NCBI GenBank assembly: GCA_042571725.1
Contig: JBHPFN010000001.1
Coordinates: 71,218 to 135,217, forward strand
Direction of reading: 5' to 3'
From: Candidatus Omnitrophota bacterium
GTDB taxonomy: Bacteria; Omnitrophota; Gorgyraeia; VGKH01; JBHPFN01
Length of the DNA stretch: 64,000 nt
Both the position numbers and the translations under genes were made by a program. This document shows, piece by piece, positions 36,049-46,101 of this stretch. Every line of letters begins with the position of its first letter. The first letter of the stretch is position 1. The notes under the pieces were generated by a model. It did no database searches. It was not told the origin of the DNA and saw only the letters and a program-made list of their open reading frames with translations.

Positions 36049-36798
36049 TTACGTTACGATAATAACTGAAATCATGCGCCCTGTTTTTTTACCTTCCCTT
36101 CTATACGAAAAAAACCTTTTGTCGCAACAGGTACATATCTTACAATCAAAAATATTCTTTTTTCTTACTCCGGCTTTAAGGAGCTGAGATGCGTTGGCTT
36201 TTATCAAGTCGAAAAAAAGCTTATCACCATTGCGGATAAGAAATCTTTGAGAAAAATAGTTCTTAAACTCACTACCCACCTCATAACAACAACTTCGTAT
36301 TGCAGGGCCAAAAAAAACAATGAGGTCTTTTGGATTTATTTTATATTTTCTCTGTAATCTAGCGATTGCTTTTTGCGCGATTCTTTTATTGCTTCCTTTC
36401 CAACCAGCGTGAAGTATACATGCTGTCTTTGTTGCAGGATCAAAAAGCGAGATCGCAAGGCAATCGGCGGTTAAAACTCCTAGCGGTAAGTTTTTTTCTT
36501 GTGTGAACAACCCATCGGTTCTTTTTATGGCTGCACGGTAACCAAATGCTCCTCGTCCTCTATGTTTTTTTCCCATGGAAACGACACGTGCACTATGTAC
36601 TTGCTGTGGTAAAATTAAATCTTTACAATCAATGTTAAGTTTGTCAAAAAATGCCTTGCGGTTTTTGCGAATCGTGCGCTTTGAGAAATTGCGAAAGCTG
36701 AAATTAAAGGTTTTATCACTAAAAGCAGCAATGAATGGATAGTTCTTTTTTTTAAAAAAGCGGATAGAATTTCTTTTCACAATATTAGATTGCTTCAA
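36049..36798 (-). CDS. pgeF: PgeF/YfiH family protein
   Basis: QVHS, TADC, HAGWKG, GPAI..CCYEV, FFSYRR. Confidence 0.92.
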   Translation of the reverse strand: MKQSNIVKRNSIRFFKKKNYPFIAAFSDKTFNFSFRNFSKRTIRKNRKAFFDKLNIDCKDLILPQQVHSARVVSMGKKHRGRGAFGYRAAIKRTDGLFTQEKNLPLGVLTADCLAISLFDPATKTACILHAGWKGSNKRIAQKAIARLQRKYKINPKDLIVFFGPAIRSCCYEVGSEFKNYFSQRFLIRNGDKLFFDLIKANASQLLKAGVRKKNIFDCKICTCCDKRFFSYRREGKKTGRMISVIIVT

Positions 36799-36824
36799 TG
36801 TAAGAATGAGGCAGGATAAATTTG

Positions 36825-37028
36825 TTATTGAAACACGACAGGTCCTGCATTGTCAGGGGCGTTTTTTAACCAGTCACGCTGGTCCTTGTATGTATCTTTA
36901 AGCTCCTTATCAAAACTTTTTCCGCCACCCATATCCTTAAATAAAACAAGTACGAGCGCACCAATTACTATAGCTAATATAAGAGTGTATTCTAAAACGC
37001 TCTGGCCCGAATAACTATTCAACTTCAT
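36825..37028 (-). CDS. small pilin-like protein with class III signal peptide
   Basis: SG|QSVLEY followed by a hydrophobic helix (Flp-type EY motif). Confidence 0.75.
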   Translation of the reverse strand: MKLNSYSGQSVLEYTLILAIVIGALVLVLFKDMGGGKSFDKELKDTYKDQRDWLKNAPDNAGPVVFQ

Positions 37029-37050
37029 ATGTTTTCACCTCTTTTCCTTA

Positions 37051-37347
37051 TCATAACGCTTGTTTGTACGCATCAACAATGCTATAAACTCCTACTATGC
37101 AGGCAATAATAATCCCTACTACCAAAAGTACTATTCCTATAATAACCTCTGCAAAAGGGTATGTTGAAAACAGCAACCAATGACCGATAAAAACACCGCC
37201 GACAATAATGAGAATCATACTGACGACCGAAATACTCATAATCGTAAGGCCTTTTCTAATGTCTCCCACGTAAAGCTGTCCAAGGCCGTTAAAAATAAAT
37301 GAAAATACCGCTGCAAGCCCTGCGCGGTGCCTGATATCATCCATCAA
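37051..37347 (-). CDS. small membrane protein (TM2-like)
   Basis: SFIFNGLGQLYVG...SIVDAY; about 3 TMs. Confidence 0.7.
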   Translation of the reverse strand: MMDDIRHRAGLAAVFSFIFNGLGQLYVGDIRKGLTIMSISVVSMILIIVGGVFIGHWLLFSTYPFAEVIIGIVLLVVGIIIACIVGVYSIVDAYKQAL

Positions 37348-37385
37348 TTACCACTCCCCTGTCTCCTGCTTATAAAACTTTGCAA

Positions 37386-38339
37386 TTAGGTAATTTCGAT
37401 CTGCTTACTTTGTTCGACGCTGATGAGTTTATCAGAGAATTTTTCTAAACGTTTTTCTGCTTCGGTATATTTCTCGGCTGCATTTTTAATATGCACCCCT
37501 ACAACCCTAAAGGCATCGCTAAATTTATTTAAATCCCCCTGTAATCGACTTAAACTTGCAATAATGGCTTTGACATTACTTTCAATCTTCATGCCGCGTA
37601 AACCCAGGCAGATGACCTGCAAATATGCGTAGAATGTATTGGGAGAGACCGGAATGACTTTTTTTGAAAGCGCATAATTCAGAAAATCCCCCTTAATAAT
37701 TGTCTCATAATAGACATTTTCTGCCATGATATACATCAGGGCGAAATCAAACGTTCCCTCATCCGGTAGAATGTATTTCGTCGATATTTCATCAACGCGG
37801 TTCTTCACGTCTTTAATAAAGTGTTTCCGAAACACGCTCTTTTCTTCTTCGCTAGCAGCCTCGAGCATTTTTCTGAAGTTTTCCAGTGAAAATTTTGAAT
37901 CTACAGGTACAAGATGACCGGCTAATTTAATAACGGCATCGACTGCATCTCCTGACTTGAAACGGTACTGAAGTTTAAAATTATCCTTAGGTAATACCTG
38001 GGCAATGATATTTTCCAACATAGTCTCGCCAATCTCTCCGCGGAACTTTGGCGCACGTAAAAGCTCTTGAAGGCTCGATATATCTCTTCCAACAGCAAGA
38101 AGCTGCTTGTTAGCTTCCTGCAATTGACCGAGACTACTCGCAACATCACCGAAAACCTTAAGCTGATCACCGATAGTCTTATTTGTCTGGCACATAGCAT
38201 CGGTTGTATCTTTCAGCCGCTGGTTTAATTCTGAGCGCAGGACGTTGATTTGATTATTCATCTCTGATGAAATCTTCAATACAAATGCAACGATAATGCC
38301 CGTGGTCACAAGCGATGCTGCGATGATAATCCATATCAT
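37386..38339 (-). CDS. rmuC: DNA recombination protein RmuC
   Basis: N-terminal TM, coiled coil, RGEIGE, VDSKF, KYI.P..GTFDFALMY. Confidence 0.9.
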   Translation of the reverse strand: MIWIIIAASLVTTGIIVAFVLKISSEMNNQINVLRSELNQRLKDTTDAMCQTNKTIGDQLKVFGDVASSLGQLQEANKQLLAVGRDISSLQELLRAPKFRGEIGETMLENIIAQVLPKDNFKLQYRFKSGDAVDAVIKLAGHLVPVDSKFSLENFRKMLEAASEEEKSVFRKHFIKDVKNRVDEISTKYILPDEGTFDFALMYIMAENVYYETIIKGDFLNYALSKKVIPVSPNTFYAYLQVICLGLRGMKIESNVKAIIASLSRLQGDLNKFSDAFRVVGVHIKNAAEKYTEAEKRLEKFSDKLISVEQSKQIEIT

Positions 38340-38351
38340 AGTATGTGCTCC

Positions 38352-38732
38352 TTATGCGCTTTTTTCAAGTGTGATTGCTGAACCATCCTTTATCTTCTTA
38401 AATACCTCTGTATCGCCGTTGATCTTGCCGATAACATTAACAGAGCTTGCCGGCCGGATTTCAGAATCTGAGCTTATCGGAGTCTGTCCAAAGAATATAC
38501 AGAATGCCGGACCCTGTGGCCAATAGCCCAGATCACCTAACTGCACAACATCCTTGGCAAAATCTTTTTCTAAATCTGCCATTACAGGAATATTGAAATA
38601 GATTTCCTCTCCCCAGATATTGACGCGTGATTCAATCGGCAGGCGATCATAAATTGCCCTGGCGGTTTTTGAATCGTTAAGTTGTGCTTTTGCTTTTACT
38701 GTATTGACCTTAATAAAAATCTCTTGCGACAT
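38352..38732 (-). CDS. cyclophilin-like fold protein (TM1367/DUF369-like)
   Basis: WGEEIYF, GDLGYWPQG.AFCIFFG.TP. Confidence 0.8.
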   Translation of the reverse strand: MSQEIFIKVNTVKAKAQLNDSKTARAIYDRLPIESRVNIWGEEIYFNIPVMADLEKDFAKDVVQLGDLGYWPQGPAFCIFFGQTPISSDSEIRPASSVNVIGKINGDTEVFKKIKDGSAITLEKSA

Positions 38733-38747
38733 CTCTAAAGGCGGCGT

Positions 38748-39164
38748 TTAAGAAGACTGGTTTTTCTCAAGAGTTTCAATGATTTGCTTAATCCGTTCTT
38801 GACTCTGCTTCTGCAATACATCTCTTACAAAATCAGAGGTCTTAATGGCATCCTCAGAAGACATATAGCTAAACTGTATGCCGGTTGAATAGTATTTCTT
38901 TTTACTTGTCGGCACATAGGCGCAGGATGATTGCCATACTATTTTTCCTTTTGCTAATACAGGTCTTTCCTTTTCAAAAACGTGAATATGCATCTCTATC
39001 CTGTCACCCTTCTCTAGCGCATGAGGCATAATGATATTAATGCCGGTAGAGCTAATATTCTTTGAATAAGCGATTCCCTCTACCACTAATGCCTTTGATA
39101 CCTTGTACGACACCTTTAAAACAGCGTTGGCTCTTAAGAGTCTTCTGAATTCAAAGGTTGGCAT
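38748..39164 (-). CDS. PilZ domain protein
   Basis: RRLLR (RxxxR) and NISSTG (D/NxSxxG). Confidence 0.85.
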   Translation of the reverse strand: MPTFEFRRLLRANAVLKVSYKVSKALVVEGIAYSKNISSTGINIIMPHALEKGDRIEMHIHVFEKERPVLAKGKIVWQSSCAYVPTSKKKYYSTGIQFSYMSSEDAIKTSDFVRDVLQKQSQERIKQIIETLEKNQSS

Positions 39165-39287
39165 GGTGCTACTCCTTTATTATCACAATCAACCGTTTCT
39201 TCGTATTGTTACAGCAAGCTATATTATATGTCTATAAAGCTTTTATATAAAGTATTTTTATTGTAGGGATACAATGAGCGAAGCGCG

Positions 39288-40184
39288 CTATTTAGGAACA
39301 ATAGTGTATTTTTTCAAGAGCCGTACAGGATTATAGGATAGCTTTGCCTTGCGTAAGCCCGCCACTCCAACGTCTTGCTCGCGGTTAATAAACGTTGCGC
39401 GTGTTGCCTCATTGCGCAAAAATTCCCAGTGAATCGTCTGGTATAACCCCACCATATCCGCGCGCGCCTTTTCTATATGCACCACAAAGGTATCGTTATT
39501 TAAAAATTCCCCGAAAGCCAAAGCAATAACTTTCCCATCAAGTTCAATAGCGCCTCCAACCGCATCAAGCGAATCAATGTTGCGCAAAAGCTTCTTTACC
39601 GCCCTGTTCTCCTTCGCTAGCCCTTCGTAAATATCACACTGCTTCATAGTGCACCACTCGTCTATAAAAGCAAATCCCTTTTTATGATCGTCAGTACAGC
39701 ATCGCAGATAGGAATAGGTGTGCTGTTTTGTAAATTGTCGAATGAGATTCTTTTTATCATGGAATTTTTGTGAAGGCAGCTCGATAAGGTCTTTTGCAGA
39801 ATATATATAATCGAAATTATCTCTGTCTTCAACGAAGGTAAAAGCTTTTTTGTCGAGCTGGGCGTGTTCGATGAAATCTTCTCCAGCGCGACGAAATGAA
39901 GGAGTAGGCGTCTTAGCTTTCAAGTAATCAAAACAAGTTGCTATTGTTTTGGGATAATTACTTGAAACTAATGGCTGCAAAAAAGCAGGCGTGTTGTCGA
40001 ATGTCGCAGAAATAAGTAAACTATCCTCGAATTGGCTTATCTGAAAATCGTGAATCTCCTGCCAAATAAAAAGATTAGTGAAATTAAGCTCGGAGATAAC
40101 CGGAGGATTACCGCGAAAATAGTCATCGATGATTGGCTTATCTTCGAGAGTGATAGGTTTAAATGTGGGAAAGCGAGGAATCAT
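39288..40184 (-). CDS. DUF2156 / aminoacyl-transferase (MprF C-terminal-like) protein
   Basis: SELNFTNLFIW, DYIY, VHIEKA, INREQDVG..GLRKAKLSYNP. Confidence 0.85.
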   Translation of the reverse strand: MIPRFPTFKPITLEDKPIIDDYFRGNPPVISELNFTNLFIWQEIHDFQISQFEDSLLISATFDNTPAFLQPLVSSNYPKTIATCFDYLKAKTPTPSFRRAGEDFIEHAQLDKKAFTFVEDRDNFDYIYSAKDLIELPSQKFHDKKNLIRQFTKQHTYSYLRCCTDDHKKGFAFIDEWCTMKQCDIYEGLAKENRAVKKLLRNIDSLDAVGGAIELDGKVIALAFGEFLNNDTFVVHIEKARADMVGLYQTIHWEFLRNEATRATFINREQDVGVAGLRKAKLSYNPVRLLKKYTIVPK

Positions 40185-41365
40185 TATCTCTTCAATAATG
40201 CAGCAATCTGCGCATCTTTTTCAAACGCACTTGTTTTCCACGATGCGATTATTTTATTTCTATGCTTCTTCCAAAGTGAGACGTAGGTATCCCAGCCATA
40301 GAACGGTCCTTGCCTGTTAACCCACGGTGGATTTTCATTGTAGTGATATAATCCGTCTGGGAAAATGCTATTTTTAACTGCCTTGTATGTCCAGTAGGTC
40401 CAATGAAAATTGCACTCATTAAATATTTTGAGTAAGTCTTTTAGATGATTCATCTCGCCGCATGTATTGCTGCGTGAATTCACTCCAAATTCCCCTATGA
40501 GAATTGGCGCTTTTAATTTTCTGGCTAAACGCGCGTACGACATAAGGTAGCGTCGGTATCTACTCATATGCCACCCGTTGGTAGTACTTCCATTAACATA
40601 CCGTAAGCTCGGCACAAAATTAAAACAAAAATCAATTGGTTGATATGCATGAAGGCTGAATGCAATATTATCGTCTTTGGGTCTTTTAAGATGCTGTAAA
40701 TCCTGCGCCCAGTCTCCCGGCTCTAAAAAAAGTATATGATTCTTATCGATCTTTCTGATTTCAAAAATTAACTCTTTATAAAAAGTATTAAGAGAAGCAT
40801 TGTCAATAATCGGTTCGTTAATCAGATCGTATCCCGCAATTGTCTCCTCGTCTTTAAATACGCCGGCGAGATAACGCCACAATGCGATAGTTCTTTTTTT
40901 ATTAGTGGCACTTGTCCACAGCAAAGCCCTTCCCTTGCTATCTGAATGCCAGTCTTGATTTTGACTACCTGGACAGCCGTGAAGATCTAAAATTATCCAA
41001 AGTTTATATTTTTTGGCCCACGCGATAGCCTTTTGCAAATACGACAAACCTTTCTTGCTATAGCTGTATGGTTTTTTCTCAATAAGCTTATGATTAAAGG
41101 GGAGCCGAACACAATTAAAACCTAAAGAAGAAATATTTTTGTAATCTGTTTCTTGAATAAACGTTTCTCTAAAGCTCTTCTCAAAATCGAGCAAGGCTTT
41201 CTTGCCTAACTCGCGTTTAAATTTACTTTTAAAAACACACGCTGCTATGATAGGCGCATACAGAATGTAGCCTTCCATCATCAGCCATCCGCCTAGATTA
41301 ACCCCTCTTAGCATAAGAGGTTTTCCAGCTTCATTTACAAGGAAATTGTTTTTTATCCTTAGCAT
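40184..41365 (-). CDS. glycoside hydrolase family 5
   Basis: RGVNLGGWL, VRLP, LDLH, YDLINEP, IGEFG. No signal peptide. Confidence 0.9.
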   Translation of the reverse strand: MLRIKNNFLVNEAGKPLMLRGVNLGGWLMMEGYILYAPIIAACVFKSKFKRELGKKALLDFEKSFRETFIQETDYKNISSLGFNCVRLPFNHKLIEKKPYSYSKKGLSYLQKAIAWAKKYKLWIILDLHGCPGSQNQDWHSDSKGRALLWTSATNKKRTIALWRYLAGVFKDEETIAGYDLINEPIIDNASLNTFYKELIFEIRKIDKNHILFLEPGDWAQDLQHLKRPKDDNIAFSLHAYQPIDFCFNFVPSLRYVNGSTTNGWHMSRYRRYLMSYARLARKLKAPILIGEFGVNSRSNTCGEMNHLKDLLKIFNECNFHWTYWTYKAVKNSIFPDGLYHYNENPPWVNRQGPFYGWDTYVSLWKKHRNKIIASWKTSAFEKDAQIAALLKR

Positions 41366-41384
41366 AGCGTGCTTTTTGTAATGA

Positions 41385-41927
41385 TTAACTCACCGGCGCA
41401 GAAGAAGGAGGATTTTCTTCTAACACTTTCTTAATATTGCGTATCATCCACTTGAGCGAAATAAAAATTACAATGGTACCAATACTTGGAATAGCTCTGT
41501 TTAAGAGAAAGCTTATTGCAATGATGGCTCCCGGGGCATAAGGTTTCATGTTTAATGAAGGGGCGTTGACATTGATAAACTTAACTACCTCCGACGGCCA
41601 TTTAAAAATCCAATAGAGATTATAAAACGGCAAGAAATGAAAACCCACCGCCCTGCGTGGTGTAATGGGATAAGTATTATCGGTAGCTTGAAACAGAACT
41701 TTGTGTATTTTATACACACAAACAAGCCAATAGATAAATGCCCCTAGCGAAATGAGCACATAGGGGATATCAAGTAGAGGAATGGAGCTTTCCTCGCTCA
41801 GGGCTGCTGATGCGATCATTACTGTTGCAATTGCCTCCAAGAGAAAAAGAACGACTCCGGCAACATATCCCACCCATATCTGCGGGAGTGTTGCTGTTTT
41901 TTCTTGTTTGATATTTTCTTCAACCAT
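41385..41927 (-). CDS. membrane protein (DUF4328-like)
   Basis: About 4 TMs; AVGFHFLPFYNLYW. Confidence 0.6.
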   Translation of the reverse strand: MVEENIKQEKTATLPQIWVGYVAGVVLFLLEAIATVMIASAALSEESSIPLLDIPYVLISLGAFIYWLVCVYKIHKVLFQATDNTYPITPRRAVGFHFLPFYNLYWIFKWPSEVVKFINVNAPSLNMKPYAPGAIIAISFLLNRAIPSIGTIVIFISLKWMIRNIKKVLEENPPSSAPVS

Positions 41928-42556
41928 TACACCCTCCTTTGTTTTATTTTGTATATATCATCTCCTGTTGCTACAGGCTTGTCCCAATCGATACTACCAG
42001 AAGATTTTACTAAAGCAAGGTTATACCCTGCTAGTATTACCCCAATAGAAACACCAATCCTGCGGTCAAGCATTTTCTGCTTATCGCCTGAGAAATCCAT
42101 AATATACGGCCCTGATACCCGCGACAGCCTAAACGTAGAAGCTGCGCTGTAAAAAGAAGCTATCTTTTTGTTTCTGACGACGATATCAATGTGCGTGAGC
42201 CTATCGCTTATACTTTCCGATTGCACTCTGCCTATTTCCTGCTTGAAGATATCTTTAATAATAAAATTTATCCAAGAAATCGGCTGCTTCTCTCCTTCCA
42301 GATACGCAAGAGGGGCATGAGACCTATCGGTAATTACATAGTTATACCCGATCGCCATCAATCCACTTTTTATTTTCCACGAAATGTCTAACGCAGGCAC
42401 ATTAGAAGATTGAGAATCAAAAATAGATAATATATTTTTTACAAACGGCTTTACCGCTTGAAAAAGGAATTCACCGCTCTCGCTTGAAATGATAACTTTT
42501 GAAGGAAATTTCTTCTTGAGAATATATTTATCCAATGAAAATTTATCTGCAATCAT
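41927..42556 (-). CDS. hypothetical protein, possibly LURP-one/scramblase-like beta barrel
   Basis: Repeated beta motifs and C-terminal LDRRIGVSIGVIL helix. Confidence 0.55.
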   Translation of the reverse strand: MIADKFSLDKYILKKKFPSKVIISSESGEFLFQAVKPFVKNILSIFDSQSSNVPALDISWKIKSGLMAIGYNYVITDRSHAPLAYLEGEKQPISWINFIIKDIFKQEIGRVQSESISDRLTHIDIVVRNKKIASFYSAASTFRLSRVSGPYIMDFSGDKQKMLDRRIGVSIGVILAGYNLALVKSSGSIDWDKPVATGDDIYKIKQRRV

Positions 42557-42601
42557 AAAAAGCTCCCTATCTCTCCCTCTTCTAAACGCACTCTACGTTC
42601 A

Positions 42602-43348
42602 TTATAATAGATAATCTTTTTTAATTCTACGAATACTCTTAAAAATATTCCGCTTTACTTGGCGATCGTGCCGAAACACTTCTTGTATCACTTTCTCTAC
42701 CACAACACGCTTAGAATCAATGGCACTCGAACACCTGCATGTCTTATAGGAAAAATCTCGAGAAAGATCCGCAAAGCGCGCCAACTCTTTCTCTTCAATA
42801 TACGCCAGAGGCCTGATAATCGCGACCTCTCCCTCAAATAATTCCTGCCTTGGCTTCATCGCACTTATCTGACCCTGATAAAAAAGATTGAGCAGCACAG
42901 TCTCGACGATATCATCCATGTGATGACCCAAGGCTATCTTATTATACTTTTTCTTGTCAGCTAGCTGAAATAAAACCTTGCGCCGGTTCCAGGAACACCA
43001 GAAACAATTGAAGCTCTCTCTCGCAGCGGATTTTAGCGCATTGCTTTTTTTCACACAATACTTAACCCCTATCTTTTTACAAAATGCAGCTAACCGGTCT
43101 GACTGCCGTTTAGACTTACCAAAATCTATGTGGACTGCCAAAAGATCGAATTGTATCGGTACGAAGCTTTGGCGAAATTTAAGCAACTTAAGAAGCGCAA
43201 GGCTGTCTTTTCCACCTGAAACTGCCACGAGAATCTTATCTTTATCTTGCAGCATATCGTAATCGGCTATTGCCTTACCAACTTTTTTAGAAAGAAAGTA
43301 TTTTAGTTTTTTAACATGCTGGGTATGCGTAGTTTTTTTGGTAGGCAT
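42602..43348 (-). CDS. ttcA: tRNA 2-thiocytidine biosynthesis protein TtcA family
   Basis: AIADYDML, SGGKDS, CFWC, GHHMDD, IRPL. Confidence 0.85.
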   Translation of the reverse strand: MPTKKTTHTQHVKKLKYFLSKKVGKAIADYDMLQDKDKILVAVSGGKDSLALLKLLKFRQSFVPIQFDLLAVHIDFGKSKRQSDRLAAFCKKIGVKYCVKKSNALKSAARESFNCFWCSWNRRKVLFQLADKKKYNKIALGHHMDDIVETVLLNLFYQGQISAMKPRQELFEGEVAIIRPLAYIEEKELARFADLSRDFSYKTCRCSSAIDSKRVVVEKVIQEVFRHDRQVKRNIFKSIRRIKKDYLL

Positions 43349-43351
43349 AGG

Positions 43352-46093
43352 TTAGTGATTATAAAAGAGGGATTCTACGTGTCGCTCAATTGCCGAGGCA
43401 ATTGCCTGATAATCATCAGTTATTCCGCTTGCCTTGCCTTCAGACAACAACTGCTCGGGCTCAAGAGGCTCTCCAAATACGATAGTAATGGGAAAGGGTC
43501 TCGGGAAACGCCTAGTTCTTGGCCAGGCTTGAAAACTACCAATAATTGCAACGGGAATGATTTTTATTTTTTCTGAAGCTTTGTGTTCTCCAGAAGAGGC
43601 AACCTTTAATTCTTTTGCCAAAATCCCAACACCTTTTTTAAATTCAGTGGGTTTGCCTTCGAACGAACGAAGGCCCTCCGGAAAGATGCAGAGCATTTTA
43701 TTGTGACGCAGAATATAACTTGAAATCTGCAATGTGTGCATCATCTCTTTAGTAGGATCAATTGGCACCATGCGAGCCATCTTAAGCCCCCAGCGAAGAA
43801 GCGGATGCTCAAAGATATTTTTATCCCCTAGAAAATAGAGGTTAATAACCGTTTTAAACGGTGCGGCACATGCAATTAATAAACCGTCCAAATAGCTGGC
43901 ATGGTTTGGACACAACACATAGATTCCCTCTGTGGGAAGATTTGTTCTACCTTTGACCTTCAGCAAGAAGAAAATCTTAAATACAACAAATAGTAGCTTA
44001 GGAAAAATAAAGCTAAGAAGCTTGTCAAATGGGTTAGGATGTAGACCGATTTTGGCCACCTGTTCTTCAGGAGGAGGAATATCTAATGTGCTTGACCATG
44101 AAAACGCTTGTTTATCCTTTTTACCCCTCACTCCCTCAGAAATAACTAATTCGTTTAACTTAGTAATAAGCTCTCGTACGGTAAAGACTTCATCGATGAC
44201 CGATTCGGGAATCTCGATATCAAAAACATTCTCTAGACCTAACCCAAGCTCAACCCTCGCAAGGGAATCGAGGCCTAAATCTATTTCGAGGTGATCATCG
44301 AGCTTAATTTCTTTTTCTACCGAAAGCTCTTTTAAGAAAAATGCGATTACTTTTTTTCCAATTTCAGTATCTAAAATGTTGGCATCTTCCGCCGTAGCAC
44401 TCTGCGTATCCTCGGTAGACTGCTGTTTATCAATAAACTTGTTTTGATATTTCGCTTTTACTTCGTAGCGCTTTAATTTTCCTAAGCGCGTCTTGGGCAA
44501 CTCCTCCGAAGCAATGATAAAATCGTTTATCCGTTTATACGAAGGTAATTTGGAAGAAAAATTCTCTAGCTCCCACTTTATCTTCCTGTTTACATTGGCG
44601 TCCTTGATTTGCTTAAAGTACTCGAAGTCAGGCACCACCACAGAAGCCAGCACATCGTTTCCCTCTGCATTCTTTACCGAAAGGATACAAATCTCTTTGA
44701 TAAAGTTACTCTTCTTAAAATAGTTTTCAATCTCTTCCGGATAAATATTCTTTCCGGAGCTTAATACAATCATCTCTTTGATTCTTCCGGTAATAAAAAT
44801 AAATCCGTCTTTATCAATACAGCCCGAATCACCGGAATAAAACCAATTGTCTTTTATTACCTTATCTGTCTGCTCTTGATTCTTGTAATACCCTCCCATA
44901 ATATTATCGCCGGCGATAAGGATTTCTCCTTTGTCGCCAATCTTTACCGAGACCCCATCAATAGATCTTCCGACTGAGCCAATTTTGTATTTTTTAGGAA
45001 GATTAAAACTTACCACAGGAGATGTTTCTGTTAAGCCATAGCCCTCAAGAATGGTGAAGCCTAATTTAAAAAAGTCTTTTGCAACCCGAGGATTAAGCTT
45101 AGCACCACCACTTACAAAATACCGAAAACTACTGCCAAATTGCTTGTGCAAAGGCTTCAAGAGTGGCTTAGCAAGATTAATGCCAGTTATTCGCCTCAAT
45201 GGCCACAAAACAGTCGTCAATACCTTGACGAATATTTGCTTAAGAACAGATTGACTCTTCATCTTGTTGAAGATGCCTTTATGGAACAAGGTGTACAGTT
45301 CCGGTACCCCCATAAAGACAGTAACAGAGGCCTTGCGCAAACAATCCATGAGGTCTTCGCTTTTAAGACTCTTGGGATAGACTATTCTTGCACCCATAAA
45401 CAGCGGGAAAAGAAGCGTTGCAGTAAATGCAAAGACATGATGCAGCGGCAGAATGGAAATAAAACAATCGGTCTTACTACAAAATTTGAGCCTCTCAAGG
45501 CTTGTGTAGTTCGACGAGAAATTTTTATGCGAAAGCACGACTCCTTTGGGTTTATCAGTGGTGCCGGAGGTGTAAATAATAGAAGCAGTATCCTCCAACG
45601 ATACTTTTGGAAACGCAACCGCAGCTCTTTTTTCAATAACATGATCAAAGGGAACAAAAGGCGACCTGCTGCTCTTTTTGTCTACTAACACAATCCTTTT
45701 TATGTTTGGTAAATTAGGCAGGCTCTTTTCAAAAAATGGCATAAATTTACTTGAGGTAAATACCACCTTTGTTTCAGAATCGGTAAGCAGGTTATATACT
45801 TCTAAATCTGAGAGTTTCACATCCATTGGCACAACGGTAGCGCCGGCAAACATACTGCCAAAATAAATCACCGGCCAACGAACACAATTATCCAGAATAA
45901 TTGCAACTTTATCTTGGGGTTTGACCCCAGAAGTTACTAACCATGTACCAATATGTTGGACAGAAGAAAGAATTTGCGAATAGGTATATTTCTGGCCGGT
46001 CTGCATTTCCATAAATGCCATAGTGTCAGCAAAACTATTGCAGACCTCAGTTAATCGTTCGTGTAGCAAAAAGGTACTAGACATGTGATCCAT
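43352..46093 (-). CDS. long-chain acyl-CoA/ACP synthetase - ACP - 1-acylglycerol-3-phosphate acyltransferase fusion
   Basis: YTSGTT..PKGV, EGYGLTET, DLGLDSL (Ppant site), PNHASYLD, IFPEG.RS. Confidence 0.9.
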   Translation of the reverse strand: MDHMSSTFLLHERLTEVCNSFADTMAFMEMQTGQKYTYSQILSSVQHIGTWLVTSGVKPQDKVAIILDNCVRWPVIYFGSMFAGATVVPMDVKLSDLEVYNLLTDSETKVVFTSSKFMPFFEKSLPNLPNIKRIVLVDKKSSRSPFVPFDHVIEKRAAVAFPKVSLEDTASIIYTSGTTDKPKGVVLSHKNFSSNYTSLERLKFCSKTDCFISILPLHHVFAFTATLLFPLFMGARIVYPKSLKSEDLMDCLRKASVTVFMGVPELYTLFHKGIFNKMKSQSVLKQIFVKVLTTVLWPLRRITGINLAKPLLKPLHKQFGSSFRYFVSGGAKLNPRVAKDFFKLGFTILEGYGLTETSPVVSFNLPKKYKIGSVGRSIDGVSVKIGDKGEILIAGDNIMGGYYKNQEQTDKVIKDNWFYSGDSGCIDKDGFIFITGRIKEMIVLSSGKNIYPEEIENYFKKSNFIKEICILSVKNAEGNDVLASVVVPDFEYFKQIKDANVNRKIKWELENFSSKLPSYKRINDFIIASEELPKTRLGKLKRYEVKAKYQNKFIDKQQSTEDTQSATAEDANILDTEIGKKVIAFFLKELSVEKEIKLDDHLEIDLGLDSLARVELGLGLENVFDIEIPESVIDEVFTVRELITKLNELVISEGVRGKKDKQAFSWSSTLDIPPPEEQVAKIGLHPNPFDKLLSFIFPKLLFVVFKIFFLLKVKGRTNLPTEGIYVLCPNHASYLDGLLIACAAPFKTVINLYFLGDKNIFEHPLLRWGLKMARMVPIDPTKEMMHTLQISSYILRHNKMLCIFPEGLRSFEGKPTEFKKGVGILAKELKVASSGEHKASEKIKIIPVAIIGSFQAWPRTRRFPRPFPITIVFGEPLEPEQLLSEGKASGITDDYQAIASAIERHVESLFYNH

Positions 46094-46101
46094 CCTCTAT
46101 G

